A stretch of 64,000 bases of DNA, taken from the NCBI RefSeq assembly GCF_902713615.1, contig NC_052156.1, positions 114,615,120-114,679,119 of the forward strand, written 5' to 3'. Shown here piece after piece: positions 38,047 through 51,583 of the stretch. The notes under the pieces are model-generated. The model did no database searches and was not told the DNA's origin. It saw nothing but the letters and a program-made list of their open reading frames with translations. The stretch is from Scyliorhinus canicula (Eukaryota). A program made the translations under genes and the position numbers. Positions within the stretch are counted from its first letter, which is position 1; every line of letters begins with the position of its first letter.

Positions 38047-38382
38047 ATGGAGTCTGCTTTGGTCACATCTGTCATTTAGTCTAGAGTGTGGAGTGTCTGA
38101 CCACAGTTCCCTTGTTTATTCACATAAACCTCATACTTACCCTGAATGTTAGGGCATAAGATAGATATTGTAAATAGTTTTATCTTCCTGAATTTGTACA
38201 TGCCTGTAAAGATACTGCTGGAGTAAAAGGAACAGTGTGATTTAAATCATTTTCTTGTGTTTTAATTGATATTTTTCATACTTTTTTATCTGATGTAATA
38301 TAGTTCATTTCTCTTGCTTAATAAATATTTTATTTTCATGTTAAAAGACCATGGGCGGGTGGCACACGAATGGGGTGTCACG

Positions 38383-40146
38383 GCGGCACAGCTGCCTCAC
38401 AGCACCAGGGACCCAGGTTCAATTCCGGCCTTGGGTGACTGTCTGCGTAGACTGGGCACATTCTCCCCGTGTCTGCATGGGTTTCCTCTGGTGCTCCGGT
38501 TTCCTCCCACAGTTCAAAGATGTGCAGGTTAATGGATTGGCCATGCTAAATTGCCCCTTAATGTGCAAAGGTGTGGCTGGGGTTAAGGGGTCGGAGTACT
38601 CGGCTATTGCAGTATCAGATCATGCTCCGCATTGGGTGGATATGGTACTGGAGAAGGGGGTAGCACAGAGGCTGCGGTGGAATTTAGATGTGGAACTGTT
38701 GGGGGACCCAGGGTTCTGTGACAAAATTGAAAAGGTAATTGAGGAATATGTAGGTTTCAACTGTACGGATGAGGTGTCGAAGGCAGTTTTCTGTGAGGCT
38801 CTAAAGATGGTGGTGAGGGGTGAGGTGATCTTGTTTAAGGCCAGGGTGGACAAAGAGGAGAGGTTGGAGTGGCAGAGGGTAATAGATGAGATGCTGGATG
38901 TAGATAGGGGTTATGCAGAAGATGGGGACCCAGCAAAGTTGGAAAAGAGGAAGGAACTAAAGGCGAGCTTTGACCGACTATCTACCAGGAAGCTAACTGA
39001 GGTGAGCAAGGGGTGCACTTTACGAGCATGGAGAGAAGGCGGGCAGTACATTAGCGGGTCAGCTTCGGATAGGAGGTAGCCGGAAGGGAAATTGTTTAGG
39101 TGAGGGACAGGGCAGGGAAGTTGGTGGTGGCTCCGGATCTGATTAACAAGGTCTTTGAGGAATTCTATGAGCGGTTGTACAGGTCAGAGCTACCTGGGGG
39201 AGACCGGGAGATGCAGGAATTTCTAGATGGTTCGTGCACAAGGTTGGGGCTGATACAGCTGAAGGTGGTATACAGAGCACACTTCACAAGGGCGAGGATG
39301 AGCCTGCTCTTTGAGGGGGTAGAAGATGTATGTAAACGTTGTGGGATGGGGCCCGCAAATCACGTTCATATGTTTTGATCCTGTTCAAAGCTGGAGGAAT
39401 ATTGAAAGGAGGTCTTTATGGTAATATCTACAGTGGTGTACGTGAAACTGGACCCGGGCCCTCAGGAGGCCATGTTCGGTGTGTCGGACCAGCCGGGGTT
39501 GGAAACGGGTGAGGAGGCAGATGTTGTAGCCTTTGCCTCGTTGATCGCCCGATGGCGAATCCTGATGGGATGGAGAGAAACCTCTCCACCCTGTGCCTAG
39601 CATGGCGGGGGGGGGGGGGACCTGCTGGAATTCTTGACTCTTGAGAAGGTTAAGTTTCAATTGAGGGGAAGGATGGAGGGGTTCTACAATTCATGGGTGT
39701 TATTCATTATGCATTTTCAAGAACTGGATAACATCGAACATTAGTTGGGGGGGGGGGGGGTGTTGGGAGGGTTGGGGTGTTAATGATGACTATGGGTGAT
39801 TCCTGATTCCTTTTTGTCATTTGTTTATGTTAACATGCAGGCTAATGTTTGGGCGTTTGGTGGGACGATGGGATCTTTGTTATTGATATGGGGATTGACA
39901 TTATATTCATTACTGCTTGTTGTTCATTGTTGGTGGGTGCTAATTTGGGAGAAAATGTGAAAAAGGAGGAGAATAAAAATATATTTTTTTTAAATGTGCA
40001 ACGGTATGCAGGTTAGGTGATGTTATGGGGTTCCGGTGATAGGGCGGGGGAGTGGGCCTAATAGGGTGCCTTTTCAGCAGGTCAGTGCAGGCCCGATGGG
40101 CTGAATGGACTCCTTTTGCACTGTAGGAATTCTATGTTCTATGTTC
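38383..40146 (+). mobile_element. HE1-type SINE split by an L1 insertion
   Basis: Head and core at 38383-38575; tail at 39993-40146. Confidence 0.8.
38576..39992 (+). mobile_element. 5'-truncated, internally deleted L1/Tx1 LINE
   Basis: SDHAP endonuclease end, then a jump to IQLKVVYRAH..C..C..ANHVHMF; AATAAA; ~16-bp TSD AATGTGCAA(A/C)GGT(G/A)TG. Confidence 0.9.
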
Positions 40147-40793
40147 TGTGGTGTGCCAGAACAATAAGTGGGTATTCTGAACTGAACTCACTGTGAACCT
40201 CTTGACAGCAGCAGTTAGGAAGAGGTCAGTCTATAGACAGACAGGGGAAAGACCACAAGAAATCAACTATTAAAACATGGGTAACTTTTTTCCAGTTTAG
40301 AAGAGGGCCGTGTGATGGGAGTACATATTAGGAATTCAGTGACTATGGTCAAAATGCTTGAACAGAATAGCAAGTGGCTATCTATCAAGCTTACTGACCT
40401 CAGTGACAGAATGCCTGATCTGCCCTCCCATCACATTTAATTCTGGACCAAGAGTTTTCAGTTGTACTAGTTACTCATTGTTTAAGTTATTCTCCTGTTG
40501 AGTTCTTTTTTCAGCAGAATAGATTTCTAACAAGGTGTTTACACAGTAATGTAAGCATTGAGTAGCTGTCAGTAGGAATATTCCTCAACACATGTACCTT
40601 TGCTTTGTCAATTAAACAACACAAATTCCTATATTCAAACTAGTGAATCTGATCTTGTGTTGTAAATCAGTTCTAATTTGCTTTGAATTGCTTAAAGACA
40701 CACCTGTACCCCAAGGCTAAATAGGACTTAATTTCCTGGTTTAATCTTGTTTGCATAATTATTAACATCTGTAGGTTCAAGCTCAGATGGTCA

Positions 40794-41684
40794 TGTTATG
40801 GATGCCTGGTCAGCTCTCAACAGTGGCTAAGAAACTGGACCAGATGCCATAACTTATTTAAGTTTTAATGTGGTGCGGAAAGATTGATTTGTTCCAAGAG
40901 TAATAAAATAAGAAATAAGGCTTGGTTATTTTATAAACAAATTTTATTAAAGCAAAAGAAAATATTTAAACTTTTACTTCAGCGCAAACACTAACAGATT
41001 ACATGCAATTTCTTAACCTTAACGCATTAGTTCCTATTAGACAACACTGCAACAAAAAATACAGCTCTCATGCCAGTTCCATTGGCAGTCAAAGGCAATA
41101 CTTGCATTTATGAAGCAACTTTGATTCTGGTAGGAACATTTGTTCTGAACCCTTTCCCAAAGCCTGCCCAGGTGGCAACTTTCATGACGTCTCTGGTCAG
41201 TTTCCACAGCCTTCCCCTGTAACTGATCAAAACCGCATTTCTTCCTCTCTCTCTCCAAGCTCTGCCCACCTCCTCAAACAATGGTCCTGCCGATGGCAAA
41301 CCCCTGTGATGGGTTTCCCAGCAGCAGAGAGTGTCAGCCACACAAAACGCCGTGGACAATTGCGAACTGCCTCCACAAACATGTGGCGGGTGGGAAGGAG
41401 GGCTTGCAAATCTCACACCAGGTAGCCAACAATTCCCTGATTCCTGTACTCTATTGTGAAAGGCTACTTCAATCATTGTGCTTTGTAAAAATGTTCTCTC
41501 TTAATTTATTTTGGATTTCCCCAGACCTGAAACAACTTTTCCTATCTCTTGTATGATGTACTCCTAACCCTCCTCCCATCTCCTGAATAACCCCACGAAG
41601 CATTCTGAAATGGCCCATACAAATTCCCCCTATCATTATCATAGAAATTTATATATTTAAAGATTTTTGTTCGCAGCTATCACA
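40794..41684. mobile_element. Solo LTR-like element
   Basis: TGTTATG...ATCACA ends; terminal similarity to the 7295 and 51258 elements; no clear TSD. Confidence 0.5.
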
Positions 41685-41949
41685 AGTGTTTATGTTTTTT
41701 CGATGCCTGTAATGGAAACTAAGAACATCCGTACATATGATCAATATTTTCATTTTATTGCTGTTCTCATACATTAGCTTATAAATAAGAATTCAATCTA
41801 AAATAGTGATTTTAAAGAGAAAGCAATCTATATACAGGACAATCTCAATTCAAAAGTACACTTCAGCAGGAGAGAGAATTATCCTCTATAACCTTGTACC
41901 ACTGCTTGGTTTTTAAATAAATTCGAGTCATTTATTTTATGGAAACTGT

Positions 41950-44900
41950 ATTATGATAAATGTGAGCAGGAGGAATCCGGAAAGTAACGGAAAAGCCTAA
42001 ATAACAAGCCAGATTCAGTGTACCCCACTTCTTAAAATCCTCCCTAACCTCCTCCACCAGCTTTGTTAGATTCCATTTATGCAACATTGCCCACTCTCCC
42101 GTTACCTGAATCACAGGTATCTGAACCTGCCACTGCCCCCATAGATTGGTTCTCCAACCCAACACATTCACCGGGAACACTTCACTTTTCCTATGTTCAA
42201 CTTGTATCCTGAGAACGCCCCAAACCTCCCTCATAAGCCCATAATCCTCCCTATGCTCTCCAGTGGGTCCAACACATAAGTAACAGGTTGTCCGCTTATA
42301 GTGACATCCGATGCTTCCTACTCCCCCTCGTAATCCGTTGCCACTCTGCCGATCTCCTAAGGGCTATTGCCAAAGGCACTATAGCTAACGCAAACAACAG
42401 TGGCGACAGCGGGCACCCCTGCCTTATTCCCCTGTGTAATCCAAAGCATCATTGAGCCCTTATCATTGGTCCGTACACTCACCACCGGTGCCACCGGGTT
42501 CAATTCCCGGCTTGGGTCACTGTCTGTGCGGAGTCTGCACATTCTCCCCATGTCTGCATGGGTTTCCTCCGGGCGCTCCGGTTTCCTCCTGCAAGTCCTG
42601 GAAGACGTGCTGTTACGTGAATTGGACATTCTGAATTCTCCCTCAGTGTACCCAAACAGGCGCCAGAGTATGGCGACTAGTGGATTTTTACAGTAACTTC
42701 ATTGCGATGTTAATGTAAGCCCACATGTGACACTAATAAAGATTATTGCTATATACAACAGGTGCACCCAAGCCACAAACTTCGGCCCAAACGCAAACGT
42801 TCCCAGGATCTCAAAGAGGTACCGCCACTCCACCCAGCCAAATGCCTTCCTTCTCCGCATCCAGAGACACCACTACCTCTGGTACCCGTCCTCTTGCCGG
42901 GGTCATAATCACATTTAACAACCTCCTTATATTACCGGAGAGTTGCCTGCCCTTTACAAAGCCTGTCTGGTCCTCTGCGACCACCCCCAGGACACAACCT
43001 TCCATCTTTCCCACCACCAATTTGGCCAGCACTTTTACATCTGTGTTTAACAGCAATATGGGCCTCTACAACCCACATTCTAATGGGTCCTTCCCCTTCT
43101 TTGGTATCAATGTGATCATCGCGTGCATAATCATCTCCGGTAGCTCCCCATTCGCCAGCGCCTCACTAATGCCCCAACAGATGCAGTGCCAATTCCATTG
43201 CGACCTCCTGATAAAATTCCGCCAGGTAGCCATCCGGCTCTGAGGCCTCCTCCAACTTCATACCCTTTATACTGTCCAGTACCTCCATCAGCCCCAAAGG
43301 CTCCTCTGGCACCTGCCTCTTCGCTTCATCCAGCTGTGGATACCCCAGCCCATCCAAAAACCGTCCCATGTCCCCTTCTTCACCACCCGGGTCCGCCCTG
43401 TACAGTTCCTTATAGTATTCCCTAAAAGTCTAATTTATCCTCCGCGGCTCCGTCACCATCTTCCCTGTCTCTGTCCATATCCTCAATATTTCCCTGAATA
43501 TTCCCTGGCGCCATAGCTGATGCGCTAACATTTGGCCCGCCTTCACCCCGTACTCATACTGCACCCCCATTGCTCTACACAACTGTCCCACCATGCTCCC
43601 CGTCATCAACCTATCAGATTGCCCCTGCAACTTGTTTTCTTTTTGCCAATCCCTCCATACTGGGCACCCTCGAATACTCCTTATCTACTTCGACTCTCTC
43701 GTTCATTAAATGCCCATACTCCTCCCTCCTTTCCCTATCCTCATGTTTCTCAAACGAGATAATCTCCCCTCGGACCACCTTCTTCAGTGCCAACCAAACT
43801 GTGGCCACCGCCACCTCTTCATTCTGGTTCAGCCCAACTAATCACCGACCGCACGTTATCACAGAGCCCTCTGTCTGCCAATAACCTCAAATCGAGCCTC
43901 CATCACGGCCTCTGCTCCCCTCCCAATCGAAGCCGAATCTTCAACTAGTAGGGCTTATGGTGCGAAATTACTATCCCCGTGTACCCTGCTCCCTCCACCC
44001 CTACCAACACTTCACAGCTCACTATGAAAAAGTCGGTTCTGGATTATAACCTGTAGACATGTGAGAAAAAGGAGTACTCCCCCCTGGGTTCTTAAAGCAC
44101 CCTCCTAGCTCCTTTGCCATCCTTATCCTTCCCGTTGACCTGGGGCTCAACCTGTCCACCCTCGGCTCTAGAACACAATTAAAGTCTCCTCCCATGATCA
44201 ACTGGTGCATGGCCAAATCCAGGATCGCTGCCAGCAATACCCTCATGAACCCTACACCATCCCAATTTGGTGCGTATACACTCACCAATACCACCGGTGT
44301 CCCCTCCAATACCCTGCTCACCATCACATATCTCCACACCCCCCCCCCCCCCCCCCCCCCCCCGGGTCCCTCACTTCCTTCGCACTTACAAACCCTGTTT
44401 TCTTGCTCATCAAGATGGCCACTCGCTGCGACTTTGAGTCAAAGTCCGACTGAAATACCTGACCTACCAATCCCTTTCTCAAGTTAACTTGGTCCTTCAC
44501 GTGGAGCTGTGTGTCCTGCAGAAAGACCACCTCCATCTTCAAAGTCCTGAAGTGCGCGAAAACCCGAGATCTTTTCACAGGCCCATTGAACCCTTGCACA
44601 TTCCATGTTATAAGCCTTACTGGGGGCTTGCGCCTCCATTCCTCTCTACTACCCGTTATCCTCCTTTTTCGGCTCTGCCCCCTCTAATTCCACCCTGTAC
44701 CGGGCCCATCCAAAATGGCACCCTTCTCCACCCCTGACCTCCCCTCTTGTCCAACCCTGCCACGTCGCATCGCCCTCTCTCTCTCCACCTGCGCCCCCCC
44801 CCCCCCCCCCCCCCACCCTGGGTTTGCCTCCCCCAAAGACAAACAAAAAAGAAAAACACCTCCACAAGGAACTGGAGTGGGGTGGGGGCCCCTGCTACCC

Positions 44901-45760
44901 ATTGTCAACCCAACAAGAAAAAGAGGCCCTCCACTTTGGAGGAAAAGAACAAAACCCCACCCCAACCCCCCACTCTACCCATTTCTTCCGATACTCCAAA
45001 GTGCCGACATTCCGTCTCCCAATGAAGTTCCGTTCTCCCCCCCAGTTTGTGCTCCTTAATAAAGTCTTTGGCCGATTCTGGGGTCTCAAAGTAGTGTCCC
45101 TGGCCCACATAAGTCACCCATAGTTTTGCCGGGTAGAGTGCCCCAAACCTGATCTGCCGCCGATACAGCACTGCCTTGGCCCTGTTGAACCCCACACGCC
45201 ATTTTGCCAGTTCAGCTGCAACGTCCTGGTATACTCGGACCTTGCTCTCTTCCCATGCACAGTTCTGCTTCTCCCTGGCCCACTGCAGGATCTTCTCTTT
45301 TTCCACAAACTTGTGGAGTCTTACGATCCCAGCATCCCAGCTTCCCAGCTCTTTGCTTCTGCCTCAGTGATCTGTCTGCTTTATCCACATCTGGGACCTT
45401 GCCCAGCACCCTCTCCGCCACCACCCCTGCCAGCATCCTCGAGACATACCTCGAGGCACTCGTGCCTTCCACTCCTTCACGCAGGCCGACGATGCGCAGG
45501 TTCTGCCTTCTCGACCTGTTCTCTTGCTCGTCCGCCTTTATTCTCAGTGCCTAGCAAAGGTCTCCTAAGAGCCCCACCTCTGCCTCCAATGGCATCTGAT
45601 TGCTGTGGTCCAACATCACCCTCTCCATCTCTTGGATCTGCGACTCCAACACTTTTCGATCATTTCCATCGAGGCCTTCAGGGGCACCACAGCCCATTCG
45701 ATGGCCTTTGATCAATCCTCCTGCACCACTCACACCATGGCCGCCACCGGAAGTTCCTCC
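41950..45760 (-). mobile_element. Decayed L1/Tx1-clade LINE with ORF1 and ORF2 (EN and RT), 3' end lost
   Basis: ORF1: ENRSRRQNLRIVG, LYPAKL; EN: WNVQG, FLQDT, YAPN, GGDFN; RT: LLNTDVK, QTGFV, SLDAEK. Confidence 0.92.
42495..42750 (+). mobile_element. 5'-truncated SINE type C inside the L1 RT
   Basis: B-box, HE1 core, type-C tail ending TAATAAAGATTATT. Confidence 0.85.
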
Positions 45761-46937
45761 ACACAGATTTCTATTTCATTTTCACAGCAATGCTGATTTC
45801 CTTGGTCTAGGAGTGATGCAGTCACAGATCAAAGGCAGAAAAGGAAGATATTCACTTATGCTGGTTACAGTCTCAATCCACAAGAGCTGAATATGCAGAA
45901 TTATTCCAATATGACGCTAGAAATGCTACCTTTCCGGTGAGATATTGCCCAGAAGTTCAGAGCCCTACTGATTGGTGCAGAGTAGGAACAATCCGCTCAG
46001 CGGCTTTCAAATGTCCACCAAGCTTAGATTAGCAAAAACCCGATGAGTTACTGAACTCACTCAGTTCCGATTCCAATCAGATGCAGGACAGGCCATCTTT
46101 ACGATAGCCAAGGTGACACAGAGTGAATTTGATTAATTCTTTGCATTGATGCCAAAGGCAACCCAATTGAACTCAGAATATAAAGAAAGAAACATAAGAA
46201 ATAAGAGAGCGGGAGTGGACCACTCGGCCCCTCGAGCCCATTCAGCACAAACATGGTTGATTCCGGTACCAACTCCACTTTCTACCTGCTCACCAGTTCC
46301 CTTGATTCCATTTGAGACCAAAATCTGTCCATCTCAGCCTTAAATTAAACAATGGCACATTCACAATCCCTAGGGTAGAGAAGTCGAAACATTCACAGCC
46401 CTTTGAATGGACCCACTGAGGTACGCTGATCGACGTCCACATGGGACTCATAGAATATGAGCATCCCCACTAGTGGGTGGAGGCTCCTCCCGCAGACAGT
46501 ATCTTCCACTCCCGCCGAAAACATCCCCCCTGCAGCGGGTTCCCTGGCGGCGGGATGGGTGAGCCATGAAGAACATTTCAGCGGGGCCGGAAGATCACAC
46601 AGCCGGCCAATTGCGAGCTGCCTCCGTTGCCAGGCAACATGCAGGGGGGATAAAGTACTACCCACAGGCATAAAAAGTGATATTTTAAAAATCACGTGTT
46701 AAAACGTTAATGTTTCACTTGAAATATTTTTTTTTTGCCCTGCTGCGATGAATTTTACCACCTGCCTTTCTGCCACTTGATGATTAGCTGACATTCCACG
46801 TCACTTCCTGCCATTTCAAACAAGATGCTTTGGTTTCTCCTTGGAAATTTGCTTCTCAGAGAATCGTAGAAAAAGAGAAAGGAAAAAGAAACGTGGGGAG
46901 GTTAAGTCTGCATTTAATGCAGGAACAGGGAGATTTG

Positions 46938-48192
46938 CGTCGGGATTCTCTGTTCCTGAGACTAAGTGTTGATTCCACGACAGTAAAACTGGTGCCGCAC
47001 CTGGACCGTGGAGGGGCTGGCACCGGCGATACGTGGAACAAAATTGCTTCCAATGGGAAATTCACTGGATCCGTGATTGACACTGTCGTGTTATGTACTC
47101 TGGGATAATACAGGCTGCAACTGGATGCAGCTTTAACCAAAAGATACTCCAGACCTTGAAATTAGTTCAATCTGATTTATTGAACCAATAGCACAGTTAG
47201 CACAGTTCTCTGGGAGTTCGACTCTCTGCTAACCTAAGTGTGGTTACTCTGTCTGACTGAACCAGACTAGCTCTTAGCCACGTGCTGGAGGTGTGATACT
47301 GTACATACACCCTGACTCACTCTGTAGATGTTCATCAGTGGAAAGAGGCGGGGTGTGAGTGCCTCGTGCCTTTTATACTGAGATACCACCCCTGAGTGTC
47401 CTGCCTGCTCATTGGTCATGTCCTGTGTTCATTAGCTGCCTGTCTGTGCCTGTCTGTATATCATTATCTGCATGCCTGCACATCATGACAGACACTTGGG
47501 AGGCTGACAAGCTGCAGCCGCATATAAAAATTACACTCCCCTCACACACTCAGGCCAGCCAAAAAGATGGCGCTGGTAGCGCTGGAGCATGCCAATGCCC
47601 ACAAATGGGTCAGCTGGGGCCAGAGGGCACAGGGGGGTGCCCTGGGGGAGACACCCATACATCCGGTGGCCCTAAGTTCACAGTGGGCTGTTAGCAGTAC
47701 CTGCAGCAGTATGGCTTTCTTGCCAGCTGCAGCAATGATGTTCCGTGCCCGTCCACCCCGACCCCACAACCCACCACCTGGCCACCCCTCGCTACTCCCC
47801 TTGGCCCTGGCAGAAGCCACCCTTCCTCCCCCGGCCAGCGGCATAACTGTCAGCAAACTGTGGCGATGTTGGACACTTTATGTACCCCCTCTCTCTCCCT
47901 CAGCAGCCACAGCGCCTGTTTCACGATTTTTAAAAGCGCAAGTGAACCTCGCCGCCGAGATTTCGGCGCAGTGGAGGCAGAACATCGCGGACGTGCCCCA
48001 GACAATACCGTCTGTATATGCCAACAGCATTTACTGTACGTGCAGAGTGGGACGCATTGACGCCGCTGTCGAGGCACCGGAGAATTGCGATTTGGCGTGA
48101 AACCAGCGCCCGCCTCGAAATCGGCGTCAAAACCGATTCTCCACCCAATGGCGTTTCCCGATTCTGGCGTCGGCCGACGGAGAATCCCGGCC
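46938..48192. mobile_element. Harbinger-type MITE carrying a solo LTR
   Basis: CGGGATTCTC / GGAGAATCCCGGCC ends; flanks TTG/CTG. Confidence 0.8.
47084..47490 (-). mobile_element. Solo LTR (407 bp)
   Basis: TGTCGTG...CATGACA ends; exact 5-bp TSD GACAC; TATAAAA and AATAAA on the minus strand. Confidence 0.9.
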
Positions 48193-48229
48193 CTGGGGTT
48201 TGTGTAAACAAACCTTTACATGCAGCAGG

Positions 48230-48840
48230 AAAAGTCAGGGCTTCATTAGTCATAGAATAGAATACAAAACCAATACATTTATAAAGTACTGGATGGCCTC
48301 AGCTGGGGTATAGTGTTCCATTCTGGGCACCACTCCTTTGGAAGGATGTCAGGGCTTTGCCAAGAGTACAGAAGCAATTCAGTAAAATGGTACCAGAGAT
48401 GAGAGACTTCAGTTATGCGAAGAGCTATGTTATTCTCTCTGGAGCAGAAAAGGTTAATAGAAAATTTAATACTGTTTTCAAAATCATGAGTATTTGTGAC
48501 GCGGTAAATAAAGAAAAACTGTTTCTGGTGGCTGAATGTTCAATAACCAGGGGACACCTATTTAAGTTAGGTCGACAAAAGCAATAGGGGCGACATATGG
48601 AAACATTCATTTACACAGCAAGTTATTGTGATCTGGAAAACACTGCCTGAAAATGTGCTAGGAACAGGCTCAACATGCCAAAGAGTGTTGAATAAATACT
48701 CGAAAGGTAAAAAAATAGGGCGATGGAGAATGAACAGAGAAATGGAATCAATTTGACAGTTCTACCAAGCTCTCCAAAGAGCTGGCACAGACACATTGGG
48801 CAAGATGGTAGCTTTCTGTGCTGCATCATTCTGTGATTCA
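48230..48840 (+). mobile_element. Old CR1 3' fragment
   Basis: RVQKQFSKMVPEMRDFSY...TRGH motifs. Confidence 0.75.
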
Positions 48841-48924
48841 CCCCCTATTTCCTACATCAGAGTTAACATTTCAGGTCAAGGGCCATTCTTCAGCACTGAT
48901 TACCAGATCTGGTTAGACCACTTT

Positions 48925-49241
48925 GGGTGGCACAGTGGTTAGCATTGCTGCCACAGCGCCAGAGAGCAAGTTCAATTCCAGCCTCGGGTGACAGTGTGTG
49001 TGAGTTTGCACTTTCTCCCCGTGTCTGCGTGCGTTTCCTCCGCGCGCTCTGGTTTTCTCCCACAGTCCAAACATTTGTGTTTGGCCACGCCAAATTGTCC
49101 CTTAGTGTCCAAAAGGTTAGGTGGGATTACCGGGTTACGGGGATAGGTGGGTGCGTGAGACTAGGAAGAGTGCTCTTTCCAAGGGTAGGTGCAGACTCGA
49201 TGGGCCGAATGGCCTCCCTTTGCACTGTCGGGATTCCATGA
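48925..49241 (+). mobile_element. HE1-type SINE type A
   Basis: Full head to tail. Confidence 0.85.
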
Positions 49242-49384
49242 CTTAAAAAATACGTTGTTCTGGTCTGCATCAAAGATAATCCCTGCCTTCTGTTCGGACC
49301 TTTTGCACAAAGATTGAGACCATTAATTCAGCTGACTTTATCGCTTTCCTCTCGTCACCTAAGCCGAAGGTCCAATGACATCTC

Positions 49385-49560
49385 AAGTTAAAAATTCTCA
49401 TCCTTGTTTTCAAATTCCTCCATGGCCTCACCCCTCCCTATCAGTGTAACTTTCTCCAGGCCCACAAGCCTTCATGATCTCTGCACTCCTCTGGCCAAAT
49501 CTGACAAAATGAGCATCTTTGATTTTAATCAATCCATCATTGGCCACTGTGCTTCTGCTT
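49385..49560 (+). mobile_element. L2-clade LINE fragment
   Basis: KILILVFKFLHGLTPPY motif typical of the L2 ORF2 C-terminus. Confidence 0.55.
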
Positions 49561-51583
49561 TCGAATCCCATTTTCCTGGCCTCTCCCTGTCCCCACTAAT
49601 ATTACTCCTCTTCAACAGCTTTATAATTCCCTTCAGAAAGAACTAAGGAAGTCTGCTTCACTAACCGGTAATGACAGTGCCACCTAATTTCTGACTGCTC
49701 TCTGTCTTTAGACATTTTTTGCCAATTTTTCTTTTGTGATGATGCCCAAATGGCATTGCCAAGTTTGCAGGAGCACTGCAAAGGTGCCCAGGTGGCATTC
49801 TGCCCACACTGGGCGGTCAGGCCCAGGGTGCACTGCCCGTATGAGGTGGGGTGGGGGGGAGGGCCCAAGGACCCCCCCCCCCAACAGGCGAGTTGGGGTG
49901 TTTGGGTCATGGTCCGTGGTCATGTCAGGGGAGGGGGTGGTCGAGAGATCAGGGCGCCATTTAAAAACGCTGCCCCTATCTCTTCCTGCATTGACGAGCG
50001 GAGCTCCTCAATGCGGGAAATATGACTCAATGTGGCCTCGGTGGGATACTCCCTGTTGAGGCTCATAAAAAAACCTAGAATGCCATTAGATAACAGGGTC
50101 TAACCCCTCTAACCCCGTGAAGAGCGGACTCTGTTTGTTTTTCATTCGGTCGCACTCTATATTAAAATTTGGTCCCATCTATTTGTTCTTTGACCTTCTC
50201 AGTTCTGGTGTAAAAAAAAAACCCTTTGAATTCCCAGTCCTTCTTCATGTCTGAAACCTTTCATTCCCAACGACACGTAGTAAATCTGTGTTGAAGCTTT
50301 TCCATTACTTTTATATCCTTGCTATAATGAGTTACCTGTAACTGTGGACAAAATTACAACCACAGCCTGACTATGGTCTCGCACAAGTTCAAAATTGCCT
50401 TCTTCCGTTTGTATTCTGCGCCTGTAGATACAAAACTGAGGATTGTGTTTGCTTTTTTTTAATGGCCTTATCTTCTTGCGCTGCCAGCTTAAATGACGTG
50501 TGTGCCTGCACACCAAGGCCCCTGCTCTCCTACCCTATTTAAATCGTAATCTATAACCATTTCTTTGTCAGTTTTTAACAAATACTCTGTGAGCAACTGA
50601 TAAGGCATTTATGAGTAATCAAAGCTTACATTTGGGTCATAATAACAGATGGAGCCCTCAGGATGCCTGAACCTGGATGCAGTTGGATGCCGATCTTCAA
50701 CATGAACTTGTTTACTGACAAGGGAAAAATCCCACAGGTAGATTAAATACCTCACCTCTAAGTCTCGAGAAGATATTTAAATTCTGCAGCCCCAATCTGA
50801 GCAGCATATTAGGAATTACATTGCGATAAGAATTTTTGTCTTAATAAGCTTTGAGTCAAGCATTAAATGAAGCTATTGTAAGCTCTTGGAATATATTACT
50901 CCACTGTTTTTGGATATGGCTTCTGACTTCAAATGAACAGCAAAATTCATTCATTAAGAGTTGATGTAATTTTTGGAATCTGTTCATTTTCAGCCCTGAC
51001 TCGGTGGTCATATTCTCACCTCAGGGTTTGCAGGTTGTGGGTTCAAACCCTGCTCTAGACATTTGACCTTAGCTGATAGGTTCAATGTGCTTTCTGCAGA
51101 CTCTGCCACATGTGCGGTATATCATACTGGAAGGGTTGGGTGGATGGGTTGTTCGAAGGTTTTTGCACTCCCTCCGATGCCTCGATGTTACCTCAGGACT
51201 TTCCCGACAGATTCTCCCGATTTGTTCAAGATTTCCTGTATTTGGGTTGGCCACAAGTATTACGATCCCATACCAGACCCCAACAGTTGCTAGGATACTG
51301 GACAGAAACCCCAATATTTTATTTTAATTTTTCCGACTGTGAGGAAAGAATACCTCATTCCAGGAGCGATTCCATGCACAAATAAGGATAATGGAATATT
51401 AAAACCAATTTTATTACCAACACGGTACTAAATTTACCTTGACATCATGCAAGAAAATAGTTTACAATTACCAGTTAATCAATGCATAACAATACATTGA
51501 AACACATTGGGCGGGATTCTCCGTTTGCCGATGGGGAAATTGCGAAGTGCGTTTGGGCACAGAATAGCTTCCAACTGCAAAAT

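Noticed and set aside
38351-39079. 242-aa SINE-L1 fusion ORF as a new gene
   Set aside because: A chance in-frame junction at the L1 insertion site; no authentic start codon or expression evidence.
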